DNA of 64,000 bases from Candidatus Dojkabacteria bacterium (GCA_040006935.1 JBDTVZ010000002.1:144174-208173), one strand, 5' to 3'. Positions 30,538 through 39,983 are shown, numbered from the stretch's first letter. Notes: generated by a model from the sequence alone, not told the origin. Numbers and translations: made by a program.

Positions 30538-30544
30538 TTCTTAA
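30513..30544. repeat. Tandem 16-nt duplication (ttctttcatttcttaa x2) spanning the stop of giant gene 1 and the start of giant gene 2.
   Basis: Seen directly. On the minus strand it reads TAAGAAATGAAAGAA twice: the first copy carries stop plus ATG, and the second is in-frame coding (LRNER). Confidence 0.6.
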
Positions 30545-33500
30545 TTTGCTATAGCTATCCAGTTAAAACAGATGTATTTATTTGGAATATCTGCTTCATT
30601 TGTTGTAATAGACATATCAAACTTATTATCTGACTTAATATTTACTTTACTTACAATATTTTGATCCAACACGCTATCACATTGAGTCGGATTATTTGGT
30701 TCATTTTCTGAATAACCAATAATATTAGAAAGTACTGCAATCTTTTCTCTAACTGTACCTGGAATAGTTATTTCTTTAGACAAGCTTGTTGTTGAGCCAT
30801 CTCCTTTTAGAAAACCCCATCCACTTATCTGATAACTATTTTGTACTTGCAGCACATTTTCATTATTTACTTGCATCCTACTTATAACCATTCCAGATAA
30901 ACTTCTCCAATCATTTGCACCAGCATCACTGTATTCAATTCCTCCCGTAGTTTCGTTTAGTCTTATACTCAAAGGACTGGTTGATTCTCCTATTTTAATT
31001 ACACCATTAGCAGTTATTTTCACAAACTTTAAACCATCCATTACATCTATTCCTTGAGATATCTGGAGTTTACTTCCACTTAAATTTTCTTCATCTACAC
31101 CAATACTTGTTACCCCCGAACTATTATTAAAAATATTGTCCCCTATTTTTTCCCAAATCATACTATTATCGACCTCAACACTTTGTGCGATATCTTTCCA
31201 GTTTCCTGATGTATCCTTAAATTGTAAATTTCCAGAATTATTTAATCTAAATCCTGCTTCCCCGTTTTCTCCAAGGCTAATTTGAACTTTATTATTAATT
31301 CCCTCATTATTTCTAGTTATTAACACACTTATTTTTCCTATAATATTTCCTGAATAATTTTCTTGGGCTAAACCGATATTGCTATCTCCAGGGTCCGCTT
31401 TCATTCCCACTCCAGGTACGGATGAAGATGTTATTGGATCTCCAATCTTGATTTCTCCATTTTCAGTACTTACTTTCACAGGTACTTGTCCTACCATGCT
31501 AAGTAATTTCATATCAGTTCGATTATTATTAATATCTTCTATATTCGTTATGTTTCCAACAAATCCTGGATCAGTACTAATCACACCTATAACATCATTG
31601 TCATTTGCTTTAGAAGTTTTTATAAGGCTTTTTGCATCGACACTATCTAGTTTTACAATATCTCCTGGTTCAATAGTTGCATCTTTTACATGCATATATT
31701 CTGCATAGTCAGCACCTACGCTAAACCAACCTCCTTGTTTGCTTGTATACGCTCTTCCCGCAGCATCAAATCTAAATAGTTTTCCATTATCTGGTCCACC
31801 ATTTTGTTGATTAGTTATATAAAATACATCTTCTGATTTAGAAGCCCCTATATCAAAAATATCTAATGTATTCAGAACTGTAGTTCCTGCAGAATTTAAT
31901 CCACTCCAATTGTAAATCTTTCCACTATAAACTGTTGATACATGCTCATAACGGGCTGTTCCTCCTGCTAGGCCTATACTCCAAACTGCTCTCTCTGTAT
32001 CAAATATCTCCACAGTATTTACTGCTGCACTTGTAAATCCATAGACAGCATAGAATTTACCATTGTAGGGTACAAATCCATGTAATTCTCTAACAGTAGA
32101 TGCTGAAGTTCCAACTGCCCATGTATTTGTTTGGAAATCATAAATATCAACAGTGTTAGTTACTGCAGCGATAAAACCTCCAAAATTATACATTTTCCCA
32201 TTATAAAGAACTGCTGTTTGAAACCTTCTAGCAGTTCCTCCTGCTGCTCCTGTACTCCAGCTATTTGCATTTATGTCATAGATATCTAAAGAGTTAAGAT
32301 TTGATCCTGTATAACCAGCCCAAATATATATTTTCCCATTATATAAGACAGAAGAAGCAGCGCAACGACCCGTACCTCCAGAGGTTCCTGTACTCCAACT
32401 ATCTGTAACTATGTCATATATATCAACTACAGTTGTGTTTGCTGTTAACAAATTGTTTGTACAACCCGTTACAAAGTAAATTTTCCCATTATAAACCTGT
32501 GCTTGGTGAAAATCCCTTGCTGTTCCCCCTGCGGTTCCTGTTGTCCATGTATTTGTTAGGAAATCATAAATATCCATTGTATTCAATTTAGTTGTTAAAG
32601 CTGAACTGGAAGATCCTCCCCATAGATACCATTTGTTGTTATATTGGGCTCCTGCTGCTCCAGTTCTAGCTGTTCCTCCTGTAGCACCTGTAGTCCAAGC
32701 TTGTGAAGTATATTGTGCCGCCTCTTTTAATGGATAAACTAAGCCAAGAGCCTGCCCTGTTACTGTTAAAATATTATTTGTATCCAATTTTAGTTTTTCT
32801 TGGCTTCCTACATTTACTTGAAGAACAGTACTGTTATCGCCTAAATCATAAATATCCATTGTATTTATGTGGGAACCAGTATTTCCTGCCCAATTGTAAA
32901 TTTTCCCATCGTATAATACAGCAGAATGTTGACTCCTTGCTGTCCCTCCCGTAACGCCTGTTGTCCAAGCATCTGTAGCAAAAGAGTAAATATCTACTGT
33001 GTTTATAAGCGATCCTGTTGTTCCTGCCCAACTATATATTTTCCCACCATAAACAGCTGAAGTATGTAAAGCTCTAGCAGTTCCTCCTGCTGTTCCTGTA
33101 CTCCAGGTATCTGTAGCAATATTATATATATCTAATGTATTTATTGCTGTTCCTCCTGAATTTAAGCCAGCCCAATTATAAATTTTCACATTATATAAAT
33201 TTGATGTACTTTGATATCTAGCCGTACCTCCTGCTGTTCCTGTTGTCCAACTATTTGCTACAAAATCATAAATATCTAATGTATTTATTGCTGTTCCTCC
33301 TGAGTTCAATCCTCCCCAGCTATACATCTTTCCACTGTAAACTATTGCTGAATGCTGACTTCTAGCAGTACCTCCTGCTGTTCCAGTTGTCCATGCATCT
33401 GTTGCAATATCATAAATGTCTACTGTATTTAAAGCTGTTCCTCCAGAGTTTAACCCTCCCCAGCTATAAATTTTTCCATTGTATACAACCGAAGTATGCT

Positions 33501-36489
33501 GCTGTCTTGCAGTTCCCCCTGCTGTTCCAGTAGACCATGTGTTAGTTGCAATATCGTAAATATCTAAAGTATTTATTACAGAACCTGTTGTCCCACCCCA
33601 ACTATATATTTTTCCATTATATAAAATGGAAGTGTGCCTAGACCTAGCAGTTCCTCCTGCTTTACCAGTAGACCAAGAAGCTGTTACATTTACTGCATCA
33701 GTTGTATTGATTATTAATCCGTTAGTTGTAGTGATATTTAACTGATCTCCAGTAGAAGTTATTGTTGATCCTTCAATTCTCAGTCCTCTTGGCGCAACGA
33801 TATTTCTATCTCCAAAGCTAGTGCCATTAGCATCCCCTCCTGCTCTTAAATAATTATAGATATTTGCTGAATCGAATTGTTGATTTAGATTTGCTGTTTG
33901 TCCATCTCCACCTACAGTTGGAGCTGTATACTCTACTACTGTTTGACCATTGGACCAAGAAAGAGCTGGAGTTACTGTCATTTGAGTTGCTGAGTCTATG
34001 CTATCTATTCTTGCATAGGTCGTTCCATTAAGAAATACTAGATTCCCAATGTCAAAATTAGTTGTTGAGGCCACAACAAGGTTTCTAGTTGATGAACCTG
34101 TTCCCGTTGCGGTTGTTGAACCATTTGCTATTGTAACTAATGACCTCATATTTCCTGCGAAGTTAGAAAGACCATTAAATGTACTATCCAATGCTATTTC
34201 TAAAGAATAATTTGAAGTTAGAACCCCACTGGCACTACGATAAATAAGTCCGCCGCCGATTGAAATACCACCACTAACCGTCTGGGTGAATTTAACAAGA
34301 AACGAATCGTTTGAACCTGCCGTAGATTTAACATCTGTCCCTGAGGTAAAGTCAAAGTCCAGGTTAGAACTTTGAAATGCTCCTACAGCATAGATATCGG
34401 TTCCATTAGCATAGATACCTGCAGGATTATCCAGTCCAGCAGCTCCTATTGAAACAGTCCAAGCATAGTTACCGTTAGGATAATATTTTGAAAAATATAC
34501 ATCATTACTACCTACGCTTACCTTGTTATCAAAACCCGTTGAAGTACCATCAAAATCTGTAGCGGCTCCTACACCAGAAGCACCAGTACCTATATATAAA
34601 CTACCGCCTGAATCAATACTTAAAGAATTTGTAGAGTCTGACGCTTCACTTCCAAAAGTCCTCGCCCAGCCATAGCTTGCATCGGAATTGTACTTCACTA
34701 AAAATCCATCTGCACTTCCACCTATTACTGATTTTGTATCTGTTCCTGCTGTGCCATCAAAATCTGTTGTATTTCCAAATGATCCTGCAGCGTAAACTGA
34801 AGTAGTGCTAGCAACTAAAGCATTGACTTGGTCCCCAACTCCACCAGTAGTATGCCCAGCAAAAACTCTTGTCCATGCGTAGACACCAGCTGTTGTATAT
34901 TTTGAGATATATGCACTGTTGGCAGTTCCACTACTAAAACTTGATTGACTATCTGTTCCTGCAGTAGTGTCAAAATCTATACTTGCACCTACAAACCCAC
35001 CACCAAAATAAAAGAACCCATCTGTTGTTACTGCAATACCTTTCCCAATATCTGTATTTCCTGAACCTCCAAATGCTCCTCCAAATAGGTACGCACCAGT
35101 TGTATCATATTTAGCAAAATAAGCATCATCCCCACTACTTGTATGATTATCTGTTCCTGCACCAGGATTAAAATCCACGGTTGTACCATTATATCTACCA
35201 GTAATGTAAGAGTTACCACTTGAGTCTACAGCAATTGCAGAACACTGTTCTGTGGTTGCCGCTGTTGAACCCCCAAAATGTTTTCCCCATTGATAAGTTC
35301 CACTGGAATTATATTTAATAATGAAATTGTCGGTTCCTCCTGCACTTACATGACTATCTGTACCTGCGTTTCCATTAAAATCTTGTGTTCCACTAAAAGC
35401 TCCACAGTAATATACGTCTGTATCAGTTGCGGCAACACTCAATACTTGTTGTGTACCACTAGTTGTTGATATTACTCTTGACCATTGATAAGCACCACTT
35501 GCGTTGTATTTAGTAAGATATAAACCAGTTCCGGAACTTGTAAAAGGATCTGTACCTCCTGTTCCATCTAAGTCGATACTCGTACCAGTAAAAGTTCCAA
35601 CCTGATACACTCCAGTTCCATCTGGTGATACATATACAGATTGACCTATATCTGTGCCCGATCCCCCTACTACTCTAGAGAAACCGTACCCTGGAAGTGA
35701 ATCAGATAAACCTAATTGACCAGTATTATTTACAGTAAGTACATTGGCCCCTGCAGTTTGTAATTGCAGAAGAGTTCCTGTTCCTGTCTGATTAACTCTA
35801 ATTGCTCCATTTGTGCTTGTTGTATTTTGAATTGCCGATGGATTTAACTGTACAAAGTCTGATGAAGAGAATCCATTTAAGGTTTGAGCCACAAACGCGC
35901 TTGGGGCTGTTCGCAAATTAATTCTTCCAAATGTTTCAGCATTTCCCGAAGACCCTGTTAAACTTGTCCATGTACCATCTACATCCCATGTTAATTCTAA
36001 CCAAAGATCAGATCTTGCAAAGTTAATACCCGTTGTTGAATCCGCATCTCCATTATCATCAAAGAGATTACATACTGTTGCAGATGCACCTGTAGTACCC
36101 CATTGATGAGTAGCGCTTGTAGTAGCCCCACAAACAGAATTTATTGTTAGATTTAAAATTCCATTAGTATCTCCCAGTTCTATATTTGTGAATAATTCTT
36201 CATACATCAAATTATTTCCGGCTGTGGCGGTTCCACCAGTTTGTTGATTCCAGATTCTGATTCTGAAATCACAAGTATCTGCTGACCCAGTAATTACACA
36301 AGCTGGCATTGCGTTCTGTGGATTTATCCCACTTGATTTCAATGTTAATTTTGTTTGGAAATTTATAGTGTTTTTTATGGCGGCGCTAACTTTAAAATTT
36401 CCCACAAAAAAAGTGATAAATATAAAAATGAAAGCTATAGCCGTAGAAGTCTTTATAGTATTGAGTTTTAGACAGTTAGTCCACCTCAT
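30541..36489 (-). CDS. Giant membrane-anchored surface protein, paralogue 1 (1982 aa). It has the same N- and C-terminal modules and Kelch-like propellers, plus an additional block of about 450 aa of SBBP-type beta-propeller repeats.
   Basis: The ORF is uninterrupted. The extra region between the N-module and the first Kelch propeller contains about 8 repeats of the type GG…D.G..IAVD(S/T)(S/D)GN.Y..G.F.G…DFD…AGTD, which is SBBP-like. It is the first gene after the rplO terminator. Confidence 0.85.
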   Translation of the reverse strand: MRWTNCLKLNTIKTSTAIAFIFIFITFFVGNFKVSAAIKNTINFQTKLTLKSSGINPQNAMPACVITGSADTCDFRIRIWNQQTGGTATAGNNLMYEELFTNIELGDTNGILNLTINSVCGATTSATHQWGTTGASATVCNLFDDNGDADSTTGINFARSDLWLELTWDVDGTWTSLTGSSGNAETFGRINLRTAPSAFVAQTLNGFSSSDFVQLNPSAIQNTTSTNGAIRVNQTGTGTLLQLQTAGANVLTVNNTGQLGLSDSLPGYGFSRVVGGSGTDIGQSVYVSPDGTGVYQVGTFTGTSIDLDGTGGTDPFTSSGTGLYLTKYNASGAYQWSRVISTTSGTQQVLSVAATDTDVYYCGAFSGTQDFNGNAGTDSHVSAGGTDNFIIKYNSSGTYQWGKHFGGSTAATTEQCSAIAVDSSGNSYITGRYNGTTVDFNPGAGTDNHTSSGDDAYFAKYDTTGAYLFGGAFGGSGNTDIGKGIAVTTDGFFYFGGGFVGASIDFDTTAGTDSQSSFSSGTANSAYISKYTTAGVYAWTRVFAGHTTGGVGDQVNALVASTTSVYAAGSFGNTTDFDGTAGTDTKSVIGGSADGFLVKYNSDASYGWARTFGSEASDSTNSLSIDSGGSLYIGTGASGVGAATDFDGTSTGFDNKVSVGSNDVYFSKYYPNGNYAWTVSIGAAGLDNPAGIYANGTDIYAVGAFQSSNLDFDFTSGTDVKSTAGSNDSFLVKFTQTVSGGISIGGGLIYRSASGVLTSNYSLEIALDSTFNGLSNFAGNMRSLVTIANGSTTATGTGSSTRNLVVASTTNFDIGNLVFLNGTTYARIDSIDSATQMTVTPALSWSNGQTVVEYTAPTVGGDGQTANLNQQFDSANIYNYLRAGGDANGTSFGDRNIVAPRGLRIEGSTITSTGDQLNITTTNGLIINTTDAVNVTASWSTGKAGGTARSRHTSILYNGKIYSWGGTTGSVINTLDIYDIATNTWSTGTAGGTARQQHTSVVYNGKIYSWGGLNSGGTALNTVDIYDIATDAWTTGTAGGTARSQHSAIVYSGKMYSWGGLNSGGTAINTLDIYDFVANSWTTGTAGGTARYQSTSNLYNVKIYNWAGLNSGGTAINTLDIYNIATDTWSTGTAGGTARALHTSAVYGGKIYSWAGTTGSLINTVDIYSFATDAWTTGVTGGTARSQHSAVLYDGKIYNWAGNTGSHINTMDIYDLGDNSTVLQVNVGSQEKLKLDTNNILTVTGQALGLVYPLKEAAQYTSQAWTTGATGGTARTGAAGAQYNNKWYLWGGSSSSALTTKLNTMDIYDFLTNTWTTGTAGGTARDFHQAQVYNGKIYFVTGCTNNLLTANTTVVDIYDIVTDSWSTGTSGGTGRCAASSVLYNGKIYIWAGYTGSNLNSLDIYDINANSWSTGAAGGTARRFQTAVLYNGKMYNFGGFIAAVTNTVDIYDFQTNTWAVGTSASTVRELHGFVPYNGKFYAVYGFTSAAVNTVEIFDTERAVWSIGLAGGTARYEHVSTVYSGKIYNWSGLNSAGTTVLNTLDIFDIGASKSEDVFYITNQQNGGPDNGKLFRFDAAGRAYTSKQGGWFSVGADYAEYMHVKDATIEPGDIVKLDSVDAKSLIKTSKANDNDVIGVISTDPGFVGNITNIEDINNNRTDMKLLSMVGQVPVKVSTENGEIKIGDPITSSSVPGVGMKADPGDSNIGLAQENYSGNIIGKISVLITRNNEGINNKVQISLGENGEAGFRLNNSGNLQFKDTSGNWKDIAQSVEVDNSMIWEKIGDNIFNNSSGVTSIGVDEENLSGSKLQISQGIDVMDGLKFVKITANGVIKIGESTSPLSIRLNETTGGIEYSDAGANDWRSLSGMVISRMQVNNENVLQVQNSYQISGWGFLKGDGSTTSLSKEITIPGTVREKIAVLSNIIGYSENEPNNPTQCDSVLDQNIVSKVNIKSDNKFDMSITTNEADIPNKYICFNWIAIAN

Positions 36490-36603
36490 TAAATTTTAGG
36501 TAAAAACATTAAGTGCACAATACTCAGTTTATCAGAAGAATAAGGGGATGTGAAGTTTTAGGACTAAATTTTATTACACTTTTTTAGAGACAAGAAATTG
36601 GAT

Positions 36604-36632
36604 AAAAAAAGTCTCTTTTGGAGACTTTTAAA
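36604..36632 (-). terminator. Intrinsic terminator downstream of rplO (minus strand): stem AGTCTC/GAGACT, loop CAAAA, then TTTTTT.
   Basis: The minus-strand reading is aaaagtctccaaaagagactttttt. It sits between rplO (ending at 36650) and the giant-gene start (36489). Confidence 0.6.
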
Positions 36633-36649
36633 ATCGAAGGATTATTATT

Positions 36650-37138
36650 TTACTCTACAGTTCCTCCTGCTTTTTCTATTGCAGATTTTGCAGTTTTTGA
36701 AGTTGCAACTCCTTTTAGATTTATTTTTATATCAATTTCTTTATCAAAAAGAACTTTTACCACTAATTCTTTATGAAATTTGGGACTTATTAAACCATAT
36801 TCAACTAAATTTACAATACTAACTTCTGGATTTTTTGATTCCTTGACTGCATCTGCAAGTAAGCTTAATTTTACAGGAGAATTTCTTTGCATAGACATGA
36901 AAGTTCCTCTACCAGTAAAACCTTTTCCTTTAGATGGAGTTCCTTTGTAAATTGGTAATCTTCTGTTGATTGGATTTTGTCCCCCTTCAAATCCTGGTCT
37001 TGGTTGCTTGTGACCACCTCTTGCAGTCTGACCTTTTCCACCTCTTCCACTTGTATGTCCACCTACCCCACTACCTATCCCTCTTCCGATTTTCTTTTTA
37101 GCTTGTATTGTTTTTGGTGAAGGTAAATTATTTAACAT
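36650..37138 (-). CDS. rplO: 50S ribosomal protein L15.
   Basis: Glycine-rich N-terminus GRGIGSGVGGHTSGRGGKGQTARGG, and its position after S5 and L18. Confidence 0.85.
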   Translation of the reverse strand: MLNNLPSPKTIQAKKKIGRGIGSGVGGHTSGRGGKGQTARGGHKQPRPGFEGGQNPINRRLPIYKGTPSKGKGFTGRGTFMSMQRNSPVKLSLLADAVKESKNPEVSIVNLVEYGLISPKFHKELVVKVLFDKEIDIKINLKGVATSKTAKSAIEKAGGTVE

Positions 37139-37164
37139 CTTTAAAATGAATCTTTAAATTAAAT

Positions 37165-37734
37165 TTATAGTCTTGTTTGTCTTAATAAACCAAGTGCCTG
37201 TACTGTTGCATAAGCATTTGTAATCTTATTGTCTGCGCCCATTATTTTTCCTAGGACGTCATTTATCCCTGCTACTTCAGCTACAAGTCTCATTGAAGAT
37301 CCAGCAATAATTCCAGTTCCTGGAGAAGCTGGTTTTAGTAGCACTCTAGCAGACTTGAATTTATGTAAAATCTCATGAGGAATTGTATTACCCTTTAATT
37401 TGATAAAGATCATGCTTTTTTTTGCTTTTAGAACTGCTTTTTCTTGTGCACTTCTAACATCATCTCCTTTCCCTAATCCTAAACCAACCTTTCCTTTCTT
37501 ATCTCCAACAACAACAAATACACTAATCTTCATTCTCCTTCCACCTTTATACATTTTTGTTACTCTTCTAACATCAATAATTTTAGTTTCGAAAGCATCT
37601 TTATCTTCTCGTTTCTTTCCATTCTCATCTCTTCTCTTTGGCCTTAGCTTTGTTTTATTTTTTTCAAATCTTCTAGGCTCAGTTTCTTGAGTGTTTGTTT
37701 GTGGTTTTGTTTCTTCTACTTTTGTATCTGACAT
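37165..37734 (-). CDS. rpsE: 30S ribosomal protein S5, with a lysine-rich N-terminal extension.
   Basis: The dsRBD and S5 C-domain motifs VVVGDKKGKVGLGLGKGDDVRSAQEKA and GTGIIAG are present. Confidence 0.85.
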   Translation of the reverse strand: MSDTKVEETKPQTNTQETEPRRFEKNKTKLRPKRRDENGKKREDKDAFETKIIDVRRVTKMYKGGRRMKISVFVVVGDKKGKVGLGLGKGDDVRSAQEKAVLKAKKSMIFIKLKGNTIPHEILHKFKSARVLLKPASPGTGIIAGSSMRLVAEVAGINDVLGKIMGADNKITNAYATVQALGLLRQTRL

Positions 37735-37753
37735 TTAAAAATTTTAATTTTAA

Positions 37754-38107
37754 TTATAACTTTAATCCTGATTCTCTCATTGCATCTGCAAGAGCTTTAA
37801 CCTTTCCATGATATTTATATCCATTTCTATCAAAAACTACGTTTTCGATTCCTGTGCTTAATATTTTTTTAGCTAACGCTTTTCCTACTTCAATAGCTTT
37901 TTCCATTCCTTTCATCTTCTTTGCTTTGAGTTCATAATCAGAAGAGGATACTATAGTTTTTCCCTGAACATCGTCAATGGCTTGAGCATAAATATGTTGA
38001 TTTGATCTAAACACTGTTACTCTAGGTTTTGATTGAGTTCCAGAAATCGACTTTCTGATATGTTGTTTTCTTTTTTCCCTATTTTGTAATTTCTTAAGTG
38101 CTTTCAT
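37754..38107 (-). CDS. rplR: 50S ribosomal protein L18.
   Basis: PRVTVFRSNQHIYAQAIDD is present, and the gene order fits. Confidence 0.85.
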   Translation of the reverse strand: MKALKKLQNREKRKQHIRKSISGTQSKPRVTVFRSNQHIYAQAIDDVQGKTIVSSSDYELKAKKMKGMEKAIEVGKALAKKILSTGIENVVFDRNGYKYHGKVKALADAMRESGLKL

Positions 38108-38109
38108 TT

Positions 38110-38664
38110 TTATTTAGATGATTTTGTAGATTTCTTCTTAACTTTTTCTCCTTTGTATCTAACTCCTTTTCCTTTATATGGTTCAGGTTTTCTGAATCCT
38201 CTTAATTTAGCAGCTACCTCTCCTACTTTTTGTTTATCATAACCTTCAACTTTTACGTTTACTTGATCTGTTACAGTTATTATAATTCCGACTGGTGGTT
38301 CAAAATTAATTTTATGAGAATAACCTAGGGACATTACTAATTTATTACCTTGCATTTCTGCTCTATAACCAATTCCGACGATCTCAAGTTCTTTTGAGTA
38401 TCCTGTTGTTACTCCATCAACCATATTTTGAACAAGAGTTCTAAATAATCCATAAAAAGCTCTAGTTTGTTTTTGCTCGTCCTCTTTTCTTAATTCAAGA
38501 GTATCTCCCTTTAAATCGAAGATTATCCCTTGCCTAAAAGATTCTGTTAATTCTCCTTTCGGCCCTTTTACAGCAACTTCTTTGTACCCATATCTTCCTC
38601 CATCGTTTACTGTTAGAGTTACTCCTTGTGGAATTGTTATTGCTTTTTTTCCTATTCTTGACAT
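38110..38664 (-). CDS. rplF: 50S ribosomal protein L6.
   Basis: MSRIGKKAITIPQGVTLTV is present, and the two-domain length fits. Confidence 0.85.
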   Translation of the reverse strand: MSRIGKKAITIPQGVTLTVNDGGRYGYKEVAVKGPKGELTESFRQGIIFDLKGDTLELRKEDEQKQTRAFYGLFRTLVQNMVDGVTTGYSKELEIVGIGYRAEMQGNKLVMSLGYSHKINFEPPVGIIITVTDQVNVKVEGYDKQKVGEVAAKLRGFRKPEPYKGKGVRYKGEKVKKKSTKSSK

Positions 38665-38698
38665 CTTAGTTTGAAAATTCTTTTATTGTATAAACTGA

Positions 38699-39091
38699 TT
38701 AGTAAACATAGCAGAGATATTCTCCACCTACTTTCTGCTTCTTAGCTTCTTCTCCTGTAATCACTCCTTTTGGAGTTGTTAAAATTGCGATTCCCATTCC
38801 GCTCATTATCTTTTTAACATTCTTATATCCTACATAATTTCGAATACCTGGTTTTGAAATTCTTACTAATTCTCTGATTGCTGATTCTCCATTTACATAT
38901 TTTAATTCCACAACTAATCTACTCTGTGGCTTCTCTTCTTCAACTTTGTAAGATGTAATAAATCCTTCTTTTTTTAGAATCTCTGCAACAGCTACTAACA
39001 TCTTTGAAGATGGTATTTCTACATATTCTTTTTTTCTATCTATTGCATTCCTTAATCTTGAAAGGAAGTCTCCGATTGGATCTATTATCAT
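38699..39091 (-). CDS. rpsH: 30S ribosomal protein S8.
   Basis: DPIGDFLSRLRNA at the N-terminus and GGEYLCYVY at the C-terminus. Confidence 0.85.
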   Translation of the reverse strand: MIIDPIGDFLSRLRNAIDRKKEYVEIPSSKMLVAVAEILKKEGFITSYKVEEEKPQSRLVVELKYVNGESAIRELVRISKPGIRNYVGYKNVKKIMSGMGIAILTTPKGVITGEEAKKQKVGGEYLCYVY

Positions 39092-39133
39092 TTTATATAT
39101 TTAATATTCTTATAAATCTCAAAAAAACTAGAC

Positions 39134-39346
39134 TTAGAAACTGTACTTTACAACTCCAGGAAGTTCTCCATTTAGAGCCATATTTCTAAAACAGATTCTG
39201 CATACTTTGAATTTACCAATATAACCTCTCGGTCTACCACAAATTCTGCATCTGTTCCTAAGTCTAACTTTCTTAAAATGTGTATTGCCATTTTTTACTC
39301 GTTTTAAATTCCTATTAAATTTTGCTATTGCTGCTTTGTTTGCCAT
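39134..39346 (-). CDS. rpsN: 30S ribosomal protein S14, zinc-binding type Z.
   Basis: [22 protein letters not shown] is a Cys4 zinc-ribbon. Confidence 0.8.
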   Translation of the reverse strand: MANKAAIAKFNRNLKRVKNGNTHFKKVRLRNRCRICGRPRGYIGKFKVCRICFRNMALNGELPGVVKYSF

Positions 39347-39425
39347 TTTTTATTTAATTATTTTAAATTCAAAAATACCAGAAATTATAACGCTCTCAGG
39401 CTTTTTTATCAACCTGTTGGATGAA

Positions 39426-39983
39426 TTACTTTCTCGTTTTTAACCTTTCAAAAGGCATGCCTAATAGTTCCAGTAATCTTATTGTTTGTTCGTTATTTTT
39501 TGCTGATGTGTTAATTACAACTTGAATTGATCTGATTTTTACAAATGTTGAGGTGTCAATTTCAGGGAAAATCGTATGCTCCCTAATACCCATTGTATAG
39601 CTACCCTTTCCGTCTAAGGATTTTCTAGAAACTCCTCTAAAGTCTTTAATTCTTGGGAGAGTTGTATTTACTAATTTACTAAAAAAATCCCACATTCTAT
39701 CCCCTCTTAATGTTACTTTTACTCCATTTGGAGTATTCTCTCTTAATTTAAAGTTAGAAATAGCTGTTTTGGAGTTAATAATTACTGGTTTTTGACCTGT
39801 AATTGCTTCCATTGTTGTAACCATTTCATCTACAACTGAAGTGTTAGTTTTGTATTCACTACCAATTCCTGCGTTTACAACAATTTTCTTTAAAGTTGGA
39901 ACAGCAAAAATGTTCTTAATTCCGAACTCTTCTTCGAGTTTCTTCTCTATTTCTTTTTTATATTTTTCTCTTAACTCTGACAT
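39426..39983 (-). CDS. rplE: 50S ribosomal protein L5.
   Basis: Gene order, with VVNAGIGS..., GQKPV and RGDRMWDF. Confidence 0.8.
   Translation of the reverse strand: MSELREKYKKEIEKKLEEEFGIKNIFAVPTLKKIVVNAGIGSEYKTNTSVVDEMVTTMEAITGQKPVIINSKTAISNFKLRENTPNGVKVTLRGDRMWDFFSKLVNTTLPRIKDFRGVSRKSLDGKGSYTMGIREHTIFPEIDTSTFVKIRSIQVVINTSAKNNEQTIRLLELLGMPFERLKTRK

Noticed and set aside
21377-36489. Short ORFs nested in or antisense to the giant genes (for example 22128..22517, 22606..22815, 22911..23195, 26396..26596, 27051..27293, 31379..31708, 32703..32954, 35028..35219).
   Set aside because: All lie inside long uninterrupted ORFs with strong repeat-derived periodicity. They are antisense or frame-shifted reads of Gly/Thr/Ala-rich coding sequence and are low complexity, so I treat them as spurious.
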